A DNA stretch of 36,487 bases from positions 1 to 36,487 of the IMG/VR virus record IMGVR_UViG_3300020043_001112. One strand, written 5' to 3'. The translations under genes and the position numbers were made by a program. Shown here piece after piece: positions 25,792-34,486 of the stretch (the first letter of the stretch is position 1; each line of letters begins with the position of its first letter). Origin of the DNA: a virus. Its lineage: Duplodnaviria > Caudoviricetes. The notes beneath the pieces are model-generated. The model was given only the letters and a program-made list of their open reading frames with translations. It ran no database searches and had not been told where the DNA came from.

Positions 25792-26817
25792 CTAAATGAG
25801 TTTATCCAAAAGAGCGGCTGCATCTGAGACACGGCCACTACGCACAAGGCGCTGAGAAGCCCTCTTTACATCGGTTGAACGGCTATCGACCTGAGTGCCA
25901 CTTGAACCGGGACGAATTACCTTGGTCTTTTGCTTCGGCTTGTTAGTAGCCTGAGCGACCTTGGTGCGGCCCTTGTCATACAGCATGGCTTTGCGAATAA
26001 GAGCAACGTGGCTGGCTTGGCGCAGGCTTTCAATTTCCTGCTCTGTCAAACCTTGGCTGACAGCCCAATCACGAATTTCTTTTGCTTCCCGTGCCATAAC
26101 CTCCTGATCCTTCCACTCTGGGATAACATCAGGTAGCTTTGCGCGTTCGGCTTCTACAAATGCCTGCACTTGGCGAACTTGGTCTGCGGCTGCTTCCTGT
26201 GCGAGACGTTGCTGTTCAGCCTGAATGGCCTGCAAGCGATACGTTTGCTCTTCACGGGATTTACGCCACTGCCGTTCTAACCGCGCCGCCTCAATGGGGT
26301 CTTCATTGTAAAGAGTGTCCCAGTCAGGCTCTGCACTGGCTTGCTGCATCAGTTGCTGCTGGAGCAAAGGCAGAAGTTCAGCGTATTGAGCGCGTTCTTG
26401 ACGAATGGTTTCTGCTTCCGACTGAAACGCTTTGCGTTCTTCAGCGAGAGCTTGCGCCTTTCGTGTGTAATCTGAAGTCCGAGAATAGCCATTCCGAAGC
26501 TCTGCTAGGGTGACTTCCACTTCTTCACCGTCAACTTTTACCTTGACTGTGACATCATCAGGAAGTTCCTGCGAGGATGCTTCTTCCTCACCATCTTCTT
26601 CGTCCAGTTCGGCTTCTTCGTCATACTCGCCTTCACCATCTTCCTCCTCTGAGGTTTCAGGTTCGTCTTCGTATTCCGCTTCCGCCTCACCCGTTTCCGG
26701 GTCTAGCGCCTCAGCTTCGCCTTGGTTGTCCTCTTCAGGGCCGAGCAATTTGCTGATGGCTAAGGTTGCTTCGTGGAGGCCGATCCCGAGATCGGGGTTG
26801 CCGACTTGTTCCGTCAT
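25792..26817 (-). CDS. Capsid scaffolding protein
   Basis: Acidic N-terminus, VKVDGEEVEVTLAELRNGY..DYTRK, coiled coil; upstream of the capsid gene. Confidence 0.88.
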   Translation of the reverse strand: MTEQVGNPDLGIGLHEATLAISKLLGPEEDNQGEAEALDPETGEAEAEYEDEPETSEEEDGEGEYDEEAELDEEDGEEEASSQELPDDVTVKVKVDGEEVEVTLAELRNGYSRTSDYTRKAQALAEERKAFQSEAETIRQERAQYAELLPLLQQQLMQQASAEPDWDTLYNEDPIEAARLERQWRKSREEQTYRLQAIQAEQQRLAQEAAADQVRQVQAFVEAERAKLPDVIPEWKDQEVMAREAKEIRDWAVSQGLTEQEIESLRQASHVALIRKAMLYDKGRTKVAQATNKPKQKTKVIRPGSSGTQVDSRSTDVKRASQRLVRSGRVSDAAALLDKLI

Positions 26818-26839
26818 ATATCACCTTTTTTCATAAATG

Positions 26840-27076
26840 TTAATTCCTTGAGGCAAGCACTCCTGCTTCAAGGATTGCCTGTAGGCGTGCTTTCAAACGC
26901 TCTAGTCCTTTGAGCGTGTGAAACAGGTCCGAGCGGTGCTGGTCGTCACCTAATGCGGTGGTGCGCCACTCGTTGTAAATGTCAGCCTCTACTTGTGCAA
27001 AAGCCTCCAGAAGAATGTGGTCTTCTAAGAGGCGCTTTGCGTGAGCCGCGTCATCAATGATTTGTTGTTTATCCAT
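26840..27076 (-). CDS. Conserved small head-module protein
   Basis: AKRLLED..L.EAF motif; this type of gene usually follows the portal. Confidence 0.75.
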   Translation of the reverse strand: MDKQQIIDDAAHAKRLLEDHILLEAFAQVEADIYNEWRTTALGDDQHRSDLFHTLKGLERLKARLQAILEAGVLASRN

Positions 27077-29223
27077 TAGATAAGTGGCCGATATTGCTGG
27101 ATAGCCGTGTTGTAAACGTTCTGAAGTTGCTCAGTTGTTGACTGTGGGTTTAGATATGTCTGCCGCAGTTGACTTTGTATGTTCTGCGCCGCTGTATTCG
27201 GAAGAAACCCCTGAGAAACTTGCGCTCCTAGTTGCTTATACAAATCATTAATGTATGCGCTACGGTCCACAATCGGCTGAGACGGAGCGGTATATGTATA
27301 TACAGGGCGCGTTCCAGTTGGACCTATGAAGTCCGAGATTTGCGGCATTGGAACCGCTGATTGCAGTGAAGCAAGTGTAGCGCCAGGCGTAGATGCGGCG
27401 GCCTCCAAGCGAGACTGATATACCTGTGCATCGTTAGGCGTAATGATGCCCTTTGCAGCGTAGTTACCAAGAACGTCATTGACAGACTTGAAGTAATTGA
27501 AAAACTCGCCAGAGCGCATATTCTCAAAGCGGTCCTGTAGCTGGTCAAGGCGCTCCTGCGTCATTCCCGTGTTCTCAGGAGTTGCTGGGCCAAGATTTCC
27601 GCCAATCTGCGGGCCAGTTCCAGCAGTCCCAGCACCTTCATTCAATGTAAGGTTTACTCCGCCAGCAGCACTATCAATCAGATTTGTCGGCGTGGCAGCA
27701 GGAGTTGTTGCCGCTGGAGTTGCAACCGGAGATGTTGTTTGCGCGGCAGTAGTCGCTGCAGGAGGCGTATATGTATCTAAACGCTGCCCACCAGAGAAGA
27801 ACAAAGCCTCTGGTCCATAGCCATAACGCTCGTAGTCCGTGATGTTAGGATTGATCTGAGTGCGCGGTGTAAAGCTAGGCATAGCACCTAGAGCGGAGAC
27901 GTAAGGCGTTCCAGTGCCAGTTCCACCACCAGAACCACCACCAAACAGGCTATTAAGACCAGATACGCCAAGACTTGCAAGTGTAGCAAGCTGTGTTGCG
28001 CTCAATCCAGTGCCAAGAATGCCGCCAGCCCCAGCGCCTGCGTTTAATGCGGCAGTTTCCGCAGCGGTAGGAGTTGTTCTAGTTGACGCAGTCTCTGCGG
28101 CTGTAGTCGTTGCACCAGCGGCATTTGCAGCGGCAGCGGCAGCAACAGCGGCAGGAGTAAGAAATTCTGCAGGCAGAAGATTTGTCGGCTGCGTTTGAGC
28201 CGTTAAGGTTAAATCCTCTGCAGGATTTGGTGCAGGAGTATTTGATGTGGCTGCAGGCGTGGTTGCAGTCGCCGCTGCAGTAGTAGCTGCGGCAGCAGCG
28301 GGAACAACGGCAGGAATAGTAGAACCCGTTTGTTGCGCTGTCAGAAGCAAATCAGGGCCAGTTGTGGTTGCTGTTGGCATCGTATTTGTAGCGTTTGGCG
28401 CTGCGGTTGTTCCAGTTGTTGATCCAGCCGCGCCTGAACTAGACAATGCCGCAGCAGCGCCGCCAGTTGCCACTAATGCAGCAGCTTGTGCAGCGGTGAA
28501 ACCTTTTGCCATCAGAGCGGTGACGACCAAATCAGTTGTAGCCGCCGCAGCGGCAGGAGCAGCGGCAGCAACTGTAGCCACAGGAGCCAATCCAGCAGCG
28601 CCAGCGGCAGTCCCCGCACCAGCAGCGCCAGCGCCAGTTGTCCCGGCAGCGCCCACGCCACCCAACCCACCAGGCTGCAACAGGCCAGCACCTGTGGCGG
28701 CAATCATACCAGCTAAAGCAATTTTCGTAATATCGTTAAACAGCGGGTTTGGCTCATCTGTGAAAACAGGTGACCAGCTGCCAGTTTGGTTGCTTTCAAT
28801 TGCCAGATTAGCGCCTTTTCCACCAGCAGCAGACAATGCGTTGCTTTGTGCAATCAGGGCTTTAATTTCTTCAGGCGTGTTCGCTGTGGTCGTTTCACCA
28901 GTGGTTTTATCCACCAAACGATACGAAACACCAGGAATGGGTGCAAACTGCATACGCTCGTTAGCAAGGTCGTTACCAACACTCGCGCTGCCGATTAGCG
29001 AGTAAACAGGCAGATATGGGTTCTCAATGCCCATATTGGACAGGATGCCCTGCGTAGTGCCTGGAATAATGTCAGCGCCGCCATAAAGCTGCGTGTAGCG
29101 GTCCGACATACCAGTAGCTTGAGCAGCGGCCAGCGCCGCAGCCTGATCTGCTTGCGCCTTTTGGTAAGATGCAATGTAAGCATCAAGGTCGGCTTGCGTT
29201 ACAACTGGTGCTTGTGAAGCCAT
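27076..29223 (-). CDS. Large Ala/Thr/Gly-rich low-complexity protein of unknown function
   Basis: 715-aa ORF coupled by TAATG overlaps at both ends. Confidence 0.8.
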   Translation of the reverse strand: MASQAPVVTQADLDAYIASYQKAQADQAAALAAAQATGMSDRYTQLYGGADIIPGTTQGILSNMGIENPYLPVYSLIGSASVGNDLANERMQFAPIPGVSYRLVDKTTGETTTANTPEEIKALIAQSNALSAAGGKGANLAIESNQTGSWSPVFTDEPNPLFNDITKIALAGMIAATGAGLLQPGGLGGVGAAGTTGAGAAGAGTAAGAAGLAPVATVAAAAPAAAAATTDLVVTALMAKGFTAAQAAALVATGGAAAALSSSGAAGSTTGTTAAPNATNTMPTATTTGPDLLLTAQQTGSTIPAVVPAAAAATTAAATATTPAATSNTPAPNPAEDLTLTAQTQPTNLLPAEFLTPAAVAAAAAANAAGATTTAAETASTRTTPTAAETAALNAGAGAGGILGTGLSATQLATLASLGVSGLNSLFGGGSGGGTGTGTPYVSALGAMPSFTPRTQINPNITDYERYGYGPEALFFSGGQRLDTYTPPAATTAAQTTSPVATPAATTPAATPTNLIDSAAGGVNLTLNEGAGTAGTGPQIGGNLGPATPENTGMTQERLDQLQDRFENMRSGEFFNYFKSVNDVLGNYAAKGIITPNDAQVYQSRLEAAASTPGATLASLQSAVPMPQISDFIGPTGTRPVYTYTAPSQPIVDRSAYINDLYKQLGAQVSQGFLPNTAAQNIQSQLRQTYLNPQSTTEQLQNVYNTAIQQYRPLI

Positions 29224-31499
29224 TACATCATCCCCTGTTCTTGGGCGGCAATCTGAGCCATCTGCTCTTCTGCTAACTGGTCTACAAACTGCTGGTCTTG
29301 TGCTGCTTGGGCCTGTTGCTGTGCGGCAACCATAGCTTTCTGCACATTACCCTGCTGACGGAGAAGTTCGCGGTCACGCTGCATCAAGGCTTCGATATTA
29401 GCCGTGTTTACAGCCGTGCCATACTTAGCCTCAATCTCAGCGGCCTTAATCATGACTTCTGCGTCAATCTTATCGCGCTCGCGGTCATCCTTCAGCAGCA
29501 TCTCTTCACGCTGTAACTCAAGCTCGGCAGCCTTCTTCTGGATGTCAGCCTGAATGCTCTGCGCCTGGACCTGTGCCAAGATTTGCTCTGGGCTGGGCGG
29601 AGGCGGTGTCGGAGCGGGCGGCTGGAAGTTCTGCGGGTTCTCAAAGAACTGCGTAACATCCTTGAACCCTGCAACAGCCAGCATCTGCTCAAGCGTGTTG
29701 TAGTAGTTGTTCATCGACACCAGCGGGTTGTTCATTGGCCCAAGTTGCTGCAACAGCATCTCTTGCTTCTGAGCGATGACGTTCAGGAAGGCCATCTTCT
29801 GCTGGTCTGAGCCTGTTCCCAGTGCAACATTCACCACAACGTCCATGTTTGCGTCCCAAACACGCGGGTCGATGGGAACAAACTGGTTGCGCAGGCGAAC
29901 GATGCGCGGCTTGTCTTGGTTCTTTACTAGCAGCTTCAGGGCCTTCTCCATCAGCGTCTTGAAGCCTGTTTCGGCAAAGATGCGGCAGATAAGCTCAATG
30001 TGCTGCTGAGAGGCTGTTACAGCGGCGTTAACAGCCGTTGCAGTGCCAGAAGTCAGTGCGTTGGGGTCAAGGCCAGCAGATGCCTTCGTGATGCCTGTGC
30101 GGCTTTCCTTAACCTCATCCATGTATTGCAGCATGGGGAAGGCGGCCTGAGAGACATTCGGCGTAACGAACGGCTGCACAGCACCTTGCGACTTCATGCG
30201 GATGATGCCGCCAACTTCGGTGTTCAGAACGTCTTCGATAGACGCTTGGCCTTCAACGACACCCATGCGGGGGTAGATCGACTGAGCCAAGCTATCCAGC
30301 GTGTTACGCATGATTGACGACTTAATGCGCTGAATGTCCATCACAACGTCAGCAACGGACATACCGAAGAACGTGTGAGGCTCTGGATCAGGGCAGAAGT
30401 CAAAGAACGGATGGTCGTCTACAGCTTCTTGGTGCAGCAGCTTGTAAGCGTTACCACCTACGCAGACCTTGCGAAGCTCGGCAATCCCGTCTCCGTCCAT
30501 GTCAACGTAGAGATAGCCCTCAATGTAAAGAACCTTCTTGGCTGATACGTCAGTCCGGCCAGCGCCAAGGATGGTTGCCTGCGGGTTGCGGTCAAACGTC
30601 TCTTGGTTGCCTTCGAAGTCGTCCTGCGTCTCGTAGCCAAGGTTTTCTACTTCGTCCTGGTCGTATCCCATCGCCACAAGCTCGGAGACAGTCATGTAGC
30701 GACGATGGCCGATAAACTCGAAGTCATTGATGGACTTGGCGCGGCGATCAATCAGAAGCTCTTCAGGAGGCAGCGCAGCTACGTTAAGGCGGCCTTCCTT
30801 CTCCTTGCGGACGACTGTGGCGCTGTAGACTGGCATCTGAACGACTGTAGCGATGCCTTCAGGTGTCAGCATCTCAGTCTCAGTGTATTCTACTTCAACC
30901 TCACGAAGCTCTACTTCGGGGTCGGACATGAGAACCATGTAGGCGTTCTCGTCGATGCCCTCAATCTCGTAGGTCTTTACTGTTTCCGTCTCATCCCACC
31001 AGATTTTACCAAAGCCGTTCTTACGGATGAGAGCATCCTTGAACATGGCGTAGGCGTGGATGAAAAGGTTGTTGTCGCGTGTCAGGCAGTAGTTGACATA
31101 ATCAGTAGCTTGCTCGGCTACCTGAATGTCTTCAGCGCGGTTCGGAGCGTATTCCACCACGTTAGATGAGCCAAAGAACACCCGCATGATGCTCGGCAGG
31201 ATGGCTTGCACTGTATCGCGCACATCCATCGACACGACCTGAGAGCGGCCTTCCTCTTCGTTTCCGAAAGGCTCGCCCTTGTAATACTGGCCAGCTTCAG
31301 CGCGCTCAGGAGAGATAACGTCATCAATATAGGCTTGTGCGTCATCAATCTCGCCAGCGACGATGTTCTGAAGCTCTTCGTCGGTCATAGCTTCGCCTTC
31401 GTCAGTCGCAGCCTCAACGTCGATCTCCATGCCATCATCAAGCGGCATTGCGTCCATAACTTCCTCGTTGGAAGGCTTTGCGTTCTTACGATAGGCCAT
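29223..31499 (-). CDS. Portal protein
   Basis: 758 aa; EGRSQVVSMDVRDTV, FKDALIRKNG, PHTFFGMS, ESRTGI, TATA; Q-rich C-terminal barrel as in P22-type portals. Confidence 0.93.
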   Translation of the reverse strand: MAYRKNAKPSNEEVMDAMPLDDGMEIDVEAATDEGEAMTDEELQNIVAGEIDDAQAYIDDVISPERAEAGQYYKGEPFGNEEEGRSQVVSMDVRDTVQAILPSIMRVFFGSSNVVEYAPNRAEDIQVAEQATDYVNYCLTRDNNLFIHAYAMFKDALIRKNGFGKIWWDETETVKTYEIEGIDENAYMVLMSDPEVELREVEVEYTETEMLTPEGIATVVQMPVYSATVVRKEKEGRLNVAALPPEELLIDRRAKSINDFEFIGHRRYMTVSELVAMGYDQDEVENLGYETQDDFEGNQETFDRNPQATILGAGRTDVSAKKVLYIEGYLYVDMDGDGIAELRKVCVGGNAYKLLHQEAVDDHPFFDFCPDPEPHTFFGMSVADVVMDIQRIKSSIMRNTLDSLAQSIYPRMGVVEGQASIEDVLNTEVGGIIRMKSQGAVQPFVTPNVSQAAFPMLQYMDEVKESRTGITKASAGLDPNALTSGTATAVNAAVTASQQHIELICRIFAETGFKTLMEKALKLLVKNQDKPRIVRLRNQFVPIDPRVWDANMDVVVNVALGTGSDQQKMAFLNVIAQKQEMLLQQLGPMNNPLVSMNNYYNTLEQMLAVAGFKDVTQFFENPQNFQPPAPTPPPPSPEQILAQVQAQSIQADIQKKAAELELQREEMLLKDDRERDKIDAEVMIKAAEIEAKYGTAVNTANIEALMQRDRELLRQQGNVQKAMVAAQQQAQAAQDQQFVDQLAEEQMAQIAAQEQGMM

Positions 31500-31508
31500 A
31501 GTTCCGCC

Positions 31509-31685
31509 TTACTTCTTTTTCGATTTACCGGCTTCAGACAGCGCAATCGCAATAGCTTGCTTGCGTGATTTAGCCAGAGGAGCCTTTGCAGGGCCTTTAG
31601 GGTTTACGCCAGCGTGCAATGTCCCACGCTTGTATTCGCCCATCACCTTTGCGATTTTCTTTGCAGCTGCACTGATCTTCTTCAT
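31509..31685 (-). CDS. Small basic protein (DUF6496-like)
   Basis: Manual translation: MKKISAAAKKIAKVMGEYKRGTLHAG...SRKQAIAIALSEAGKSKKK. Confidence 0.8.
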   Translation of the reverse strand: MKKISAAAKKIAKVMGEYKRGTLHAGVNPKGPAKAPLAKSRKQAIAIALSEAGKSKKK

Positions 31686-31696
31686 ACCACAATCCT

Positions 31697-31849
31697 TTAC
31701 CGCTTGGGCTTCTTAGCAGTTTTACGCGCTGCCTTAAATGCAGACGCAGTTGGAGCGCCCTTCGTGCCGGGTTTACGCATCGTCTCTCCCGAACCAGCTT
31801 TGATACGAGCGCGTTTCGCGTGGATATTCGCATAGAGACCGTTCTTCAT
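31697..31849 (-). CDS. Small basic protein
   Basis: Manual translation: MKNGLYANIHAKRARIKAGSGETMRKPGTKGAPTASAFKAARKTAKKPKR; ATGA-coupled. Confidence 0.8.
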   Translation of the reverse strand: MKNGLYANIHAKRARIKAGSGETMRKPGTKGAPTASAFKAARKTAKKPKR

Positions 31850-32148
31850 TTCTTTGCCTTGTTCCGAGCGGAGATAGCTTTGGATTTGGCTTTCGCGTCT
31901 GCTTTAGATGACGCACCCCACGCTTGCAGCGATAAGAGGAGGCGAGTTGGTTTTCCCTTCTCATCGCGCTCCGGTCCAGGCATATTGCCCATGCGTGCTA
32001 AGAATGATGCCCTCCGAGGATTATCGCCAGACTTAACAGGTGCTTTCAGGTTCATCCCCTGCGCTTTTGCGGACGCACGACCTTTGGCGTTTAAGCCACC
32101 AGAAGGGGATTTACCCTCTTTGCGTGTCCATGCAGGAGACTTCATCAA
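31846..32148 (-). CDS. Small basic protein (DUF6321-like)
   Basis: SPAWTRKEGKSPSGGLNAKGRAS...RRASFLARM. Confidence 0.8.
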   Translation of the reverse strand: MMKSPAWTRKEGKSPSGGLNAKGRASAKAQGMNLKAPVKSGDNPRRASFLARMGNMPGPERDEKGKPTRLLLSLQAWGASSKADAKAKSKAISARNKAKK

Positions 32149-33413
32149 ACAATTCCACGGATATTGCGCTTTATAGGCGTATAACCCATTTGTTCGCGAT
32201 GCGCTATGGCAAAGTATCTTGCAGCGTCTGCGTAGTGTGAAGTCCAGTCATGATACGGGTGTGACTGAAACTCTTGGCGTTTGTCGTCGTAAATACGGCG
32301 ATACATTCTCAGCGCCTCAATACCTGTCTTGCAGTTGTCCCTGTCGAACCAAGAGCGTGGCAGAAGCATCCTGAGGGCCTGAATGCCGTCGATAACATCC
32401 ATGCGTGGCGCAATCTCAATGTTACGCAGGCCAAGCTCCTGTAGAACCTCTAATCGGCTCTTGCCTGTGCCAAGCTCACGGACACGAACGTCATGCGGGA
32501 GATAGTGGTTCCCCCAGACATATGGCTTGTCCTGTAGCTGCTTTACATACCAGTCTAAGCCAACGCCTTCACCTTTGAGACAATCAATCCAGCGGGTTTC
32601 TCCGCCATGCGCCTGGACGAACCAGATGACGGTGCTGTCGGACATACCCAAGTCCCAAGCAGTGTGGACTGGTAGAGATGGGTCATAAGGAACAGATGTA
32701 ATTCTAGCTTCTGCGTCTGCATCTGAAAACTCTTTGCCGTAGTATGCGCCACGAATGGCTGCGTCGAAGCTGCACTCGTATTCCTGATTAAACTCGTCTT
32801 CGCTCATCATGCGGCGAGCGTCATTAAGTTCCTTGTCGTCCAGTAGGCCAGTCTGCGAAGCCTTCAGCATCAGGCGCGACCAGTCTTCGTCCTGCTCTGC
32901 GTTCTGCCACAGGTCATAGAAGACGTTCTTACCCTTGGGCGTTCCAATGAAGATGGCCCAGCCTTTGCGGTCTGACAGCGCAGGGCGAATAACTTGGGTC
33001 CAGACAGTCGGGTTCATGTCCCCAAACTCGTCCAGCACAACACCGTCAAGGTAGATACCACGCAGTCGATCAGGATTGTCAGCGCCGTAAACGCGGATGC
33101 GTGCCTTATTGGGCAACTCTACCCATAGTTCGCTTTCGTTAACCTTTACGTTCGGTAGAAAGGCGCACGCGTCCTTGATGTAGTTCCAAGCAATGTCTTT
33201 GGCTTGGTTTAACTGCGGTGCGATGTAGGCGAAGCGCGGGTTCAGCTTGGTGCATCCTAAAGCCCTGCGAACAATCTCATTAACGCACGCAACAGTTTTG
33301 CCAGCGCGGCGATGGGCAACAGTAATCATCCAGCGCGTCTTGCGCTTGTGCAGCGGAAGAAACTGGTCGCGTGGCCTGTAAGGGCTGATTAGGTCAATCG
33401 TCTGACGCATCAT
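32145..33413 (-). CDS. terL: Terminase large subunit
   Basis: Walker A HRRAGKT, Walker B VVLDE, GTPKG, nuclease WDLG...D and HYADAARY. Confidence 0.95.
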   Translation of the reverse strand: MMRQTIDLISPYRPRDQFLPLHKRKTRWMITVAHRRAGKTVACVNEIVRRALGCTKLNPRFAYIAPQLNQAKDIAWNYIKDACAFLPNVKVNESELWVELPNKARIRVYGADNPDRLRGIYLDGVVLDEFGDMNPTVWTQVIRPALSDRKGWAIFIGTPKGKNVFYDLWQNAEQDEDWSRLMLKASQTGLLDDKELNDARRMMSEDEFNQEYECSFDAAIRGAYYGKEFSDADAEARITSVPYDPSLPVHTAWDLGMSDSTVIWFVQAHGGETRWIDCLKGEGVGLDWYVKQLQDKPYVWGNHYLPHDVRVRELGTGKSRLEVLQELGLRNIEIAPRMDVIDGIQALRMLLPRSWFDRDNCKTGIEALRMYRRIYDDKRQEFQSHPYHDWTSHYADAARYFAIAHREQMGYTPIKRNIRGIV

Positions 33414-33780
33414 CCAAGCCAGGATAGCGAACGATGCCGATGTTTGCGTCGATCTGTAGCTTTGATGGCTCGTTATAGCCGTGCATTGCATTTAGTTCTT
33501 TGACAGCAGCAACTTTAACGCTGCCAGAGCTTGTCTTAAACGTCTGAACTAACGCCTTTACGGACATTTCTCGCGTCCAAAGAACCTTCTCTGCAAGAGC
33601 GTCCTTTAGCTCTTTCACCCTTAGAGCCACTTTAGGGTTATCCATGATACGAGAGGCTTCAACGTAAATGGCTGGATCACTCATGTTTTCAGCATCATAG
33701 GCAGCACGATAGGCGCTTGCTTGGTCTAGGCCATCAGCGATACCTTGCGCGAATGCTTCCTGTTTAGCTGTTAGTGTCAT
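33394..33780 (-). CDS. terS: Terminase small subunit
   Basis: LTAKQEAFAQ...AYRAAY...EASRIMDNPKVALRVKEL; upstream of terL. Confidence 0.88.
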   Translation of the reverse strand: MTLTAKQEAFAQGIADGLDQASAYRAAYDAENMSDPAIYVEASRIMDNPKVALRVKELKDALAEKVLWTREMSVKALVQTFKTSSGSVKVAAVKELNAMHGYNEPSKLQIDANIGIVRYPGLDDASDD

Positions 33781-34486
33781 TTTTATTCTCGAAGGTTTGG
33801 AGCGTGGGGGTCGGAGTCTCGCCGCCCAGACTAGAGTGGTTCTCTAGTTCCTGATCTTTCCCACGCTTAGGATAAGGCTTAGACAGTGGTAAAATACGCT
33901 CTCGCATATCTGCGTCAAGAGGCATCAAATAACGATGCTTTCCTTTTGTTTTCACAATCACGCATTCGCTAGGTTTGACCGCTTTGCGCTTCACGCCCTG
34001 CTGAATATTCCAACCCTTTTCGCTAACCTGACGTGAATGCAGCCTTTTTCCTTTGTGCCAATATTCCGCGCTAGATGCGGTGTCCCCTACATATATCCAA
34101 TTCCCAGCCTGATAAATTCCACCGTGATGGCCGTATTGTGGATCAGCAAAAGAAACAATGATGCGAAGTGATGGAGAATTTCGCTTCAAAAAAGCAATTG
34201 CAAGCCTGACAATGCGAGAAACGGGAGATTTATGCGATGTCAGCGCAATACGCGTTAACTCGCAACCCTGGTCTTGCTCTAGACCATATGGCTTCATTAG
34301 GTTTGATGATGCTCCGCGTGAAAACATCACTATTCCGATAAATTTGCCATCCTCCCAAGCTCCAACCTTGACTAAAGGAGGCACTGGGACACTTTTGCTA
34401 TAATGCCAGTTCTCGCAAGCATATTTTGCGGCTTCGTGAGTTGCCCAATCTATTTTAAGCTGTGGCTTCACGGCTATCAAACTCAT
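33764..34486 (-). CDS. mom: Mom-family adenine modification enzyme (GNAT fold)
   Basis: WHYSK, ELTRIAL, IVSFADPQYGHHGGIYQAGNWIYVG, KHRY and PYPK motifs of Mom-like proteins. Confidence 0.85.
   Translation of the reverse strand: MSLIAVKPQLKIDWATHEAAKYACENWHYSKSVPVPPLVKVGAWEDGKFIGIVMFSRGASSNLMKPYGLEQDQGCELTRIALTSHKSPVSRIVRLAIAFLKRNSPSLRIIVSFADPQYGHHGGIYQAGNWIYVGDTASSAEYWHKGKRLHSRQVSEKGWNIQQGVKRKAVKPSECVIVKTKGKHRYLMPLDADMRERILPLSKPYPKRGKDQELENHSSLGGETPTPTLQTFENKNDTNS
33798..33866 (-). ncRNA. tRNA-Gly-like RNA lacking a D-arm, embedded in the 3' end of mom
   Basis: Acceptor GCGUGGG/CCCACGC + U + CCA; stem ACUAGAG/CUCUAGU around AACCA; T-like arm GGCGG-CGAGACU-CCG(A)CC. Confidence 0.75.

Noticed and set aside
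24704-25795. 363-aa + strand ORF
   Set aside because: Antisense shadow of the strongly codon-biased capsid gene; no recognisable motifs.
27497-29005. Long + strand Ala/Val-rich ORFs
   Set aside because: Shadows of the low-complexity 715-aa minus-strand gene.
33798-33866. Ordinary translational tRNA-Gly or an attP remnant
   Set aside because: No D-stem, no U33, no TTC in the T-loop, a bulged T-stem and no integrase in the genome; intact stems argue against simple decay.
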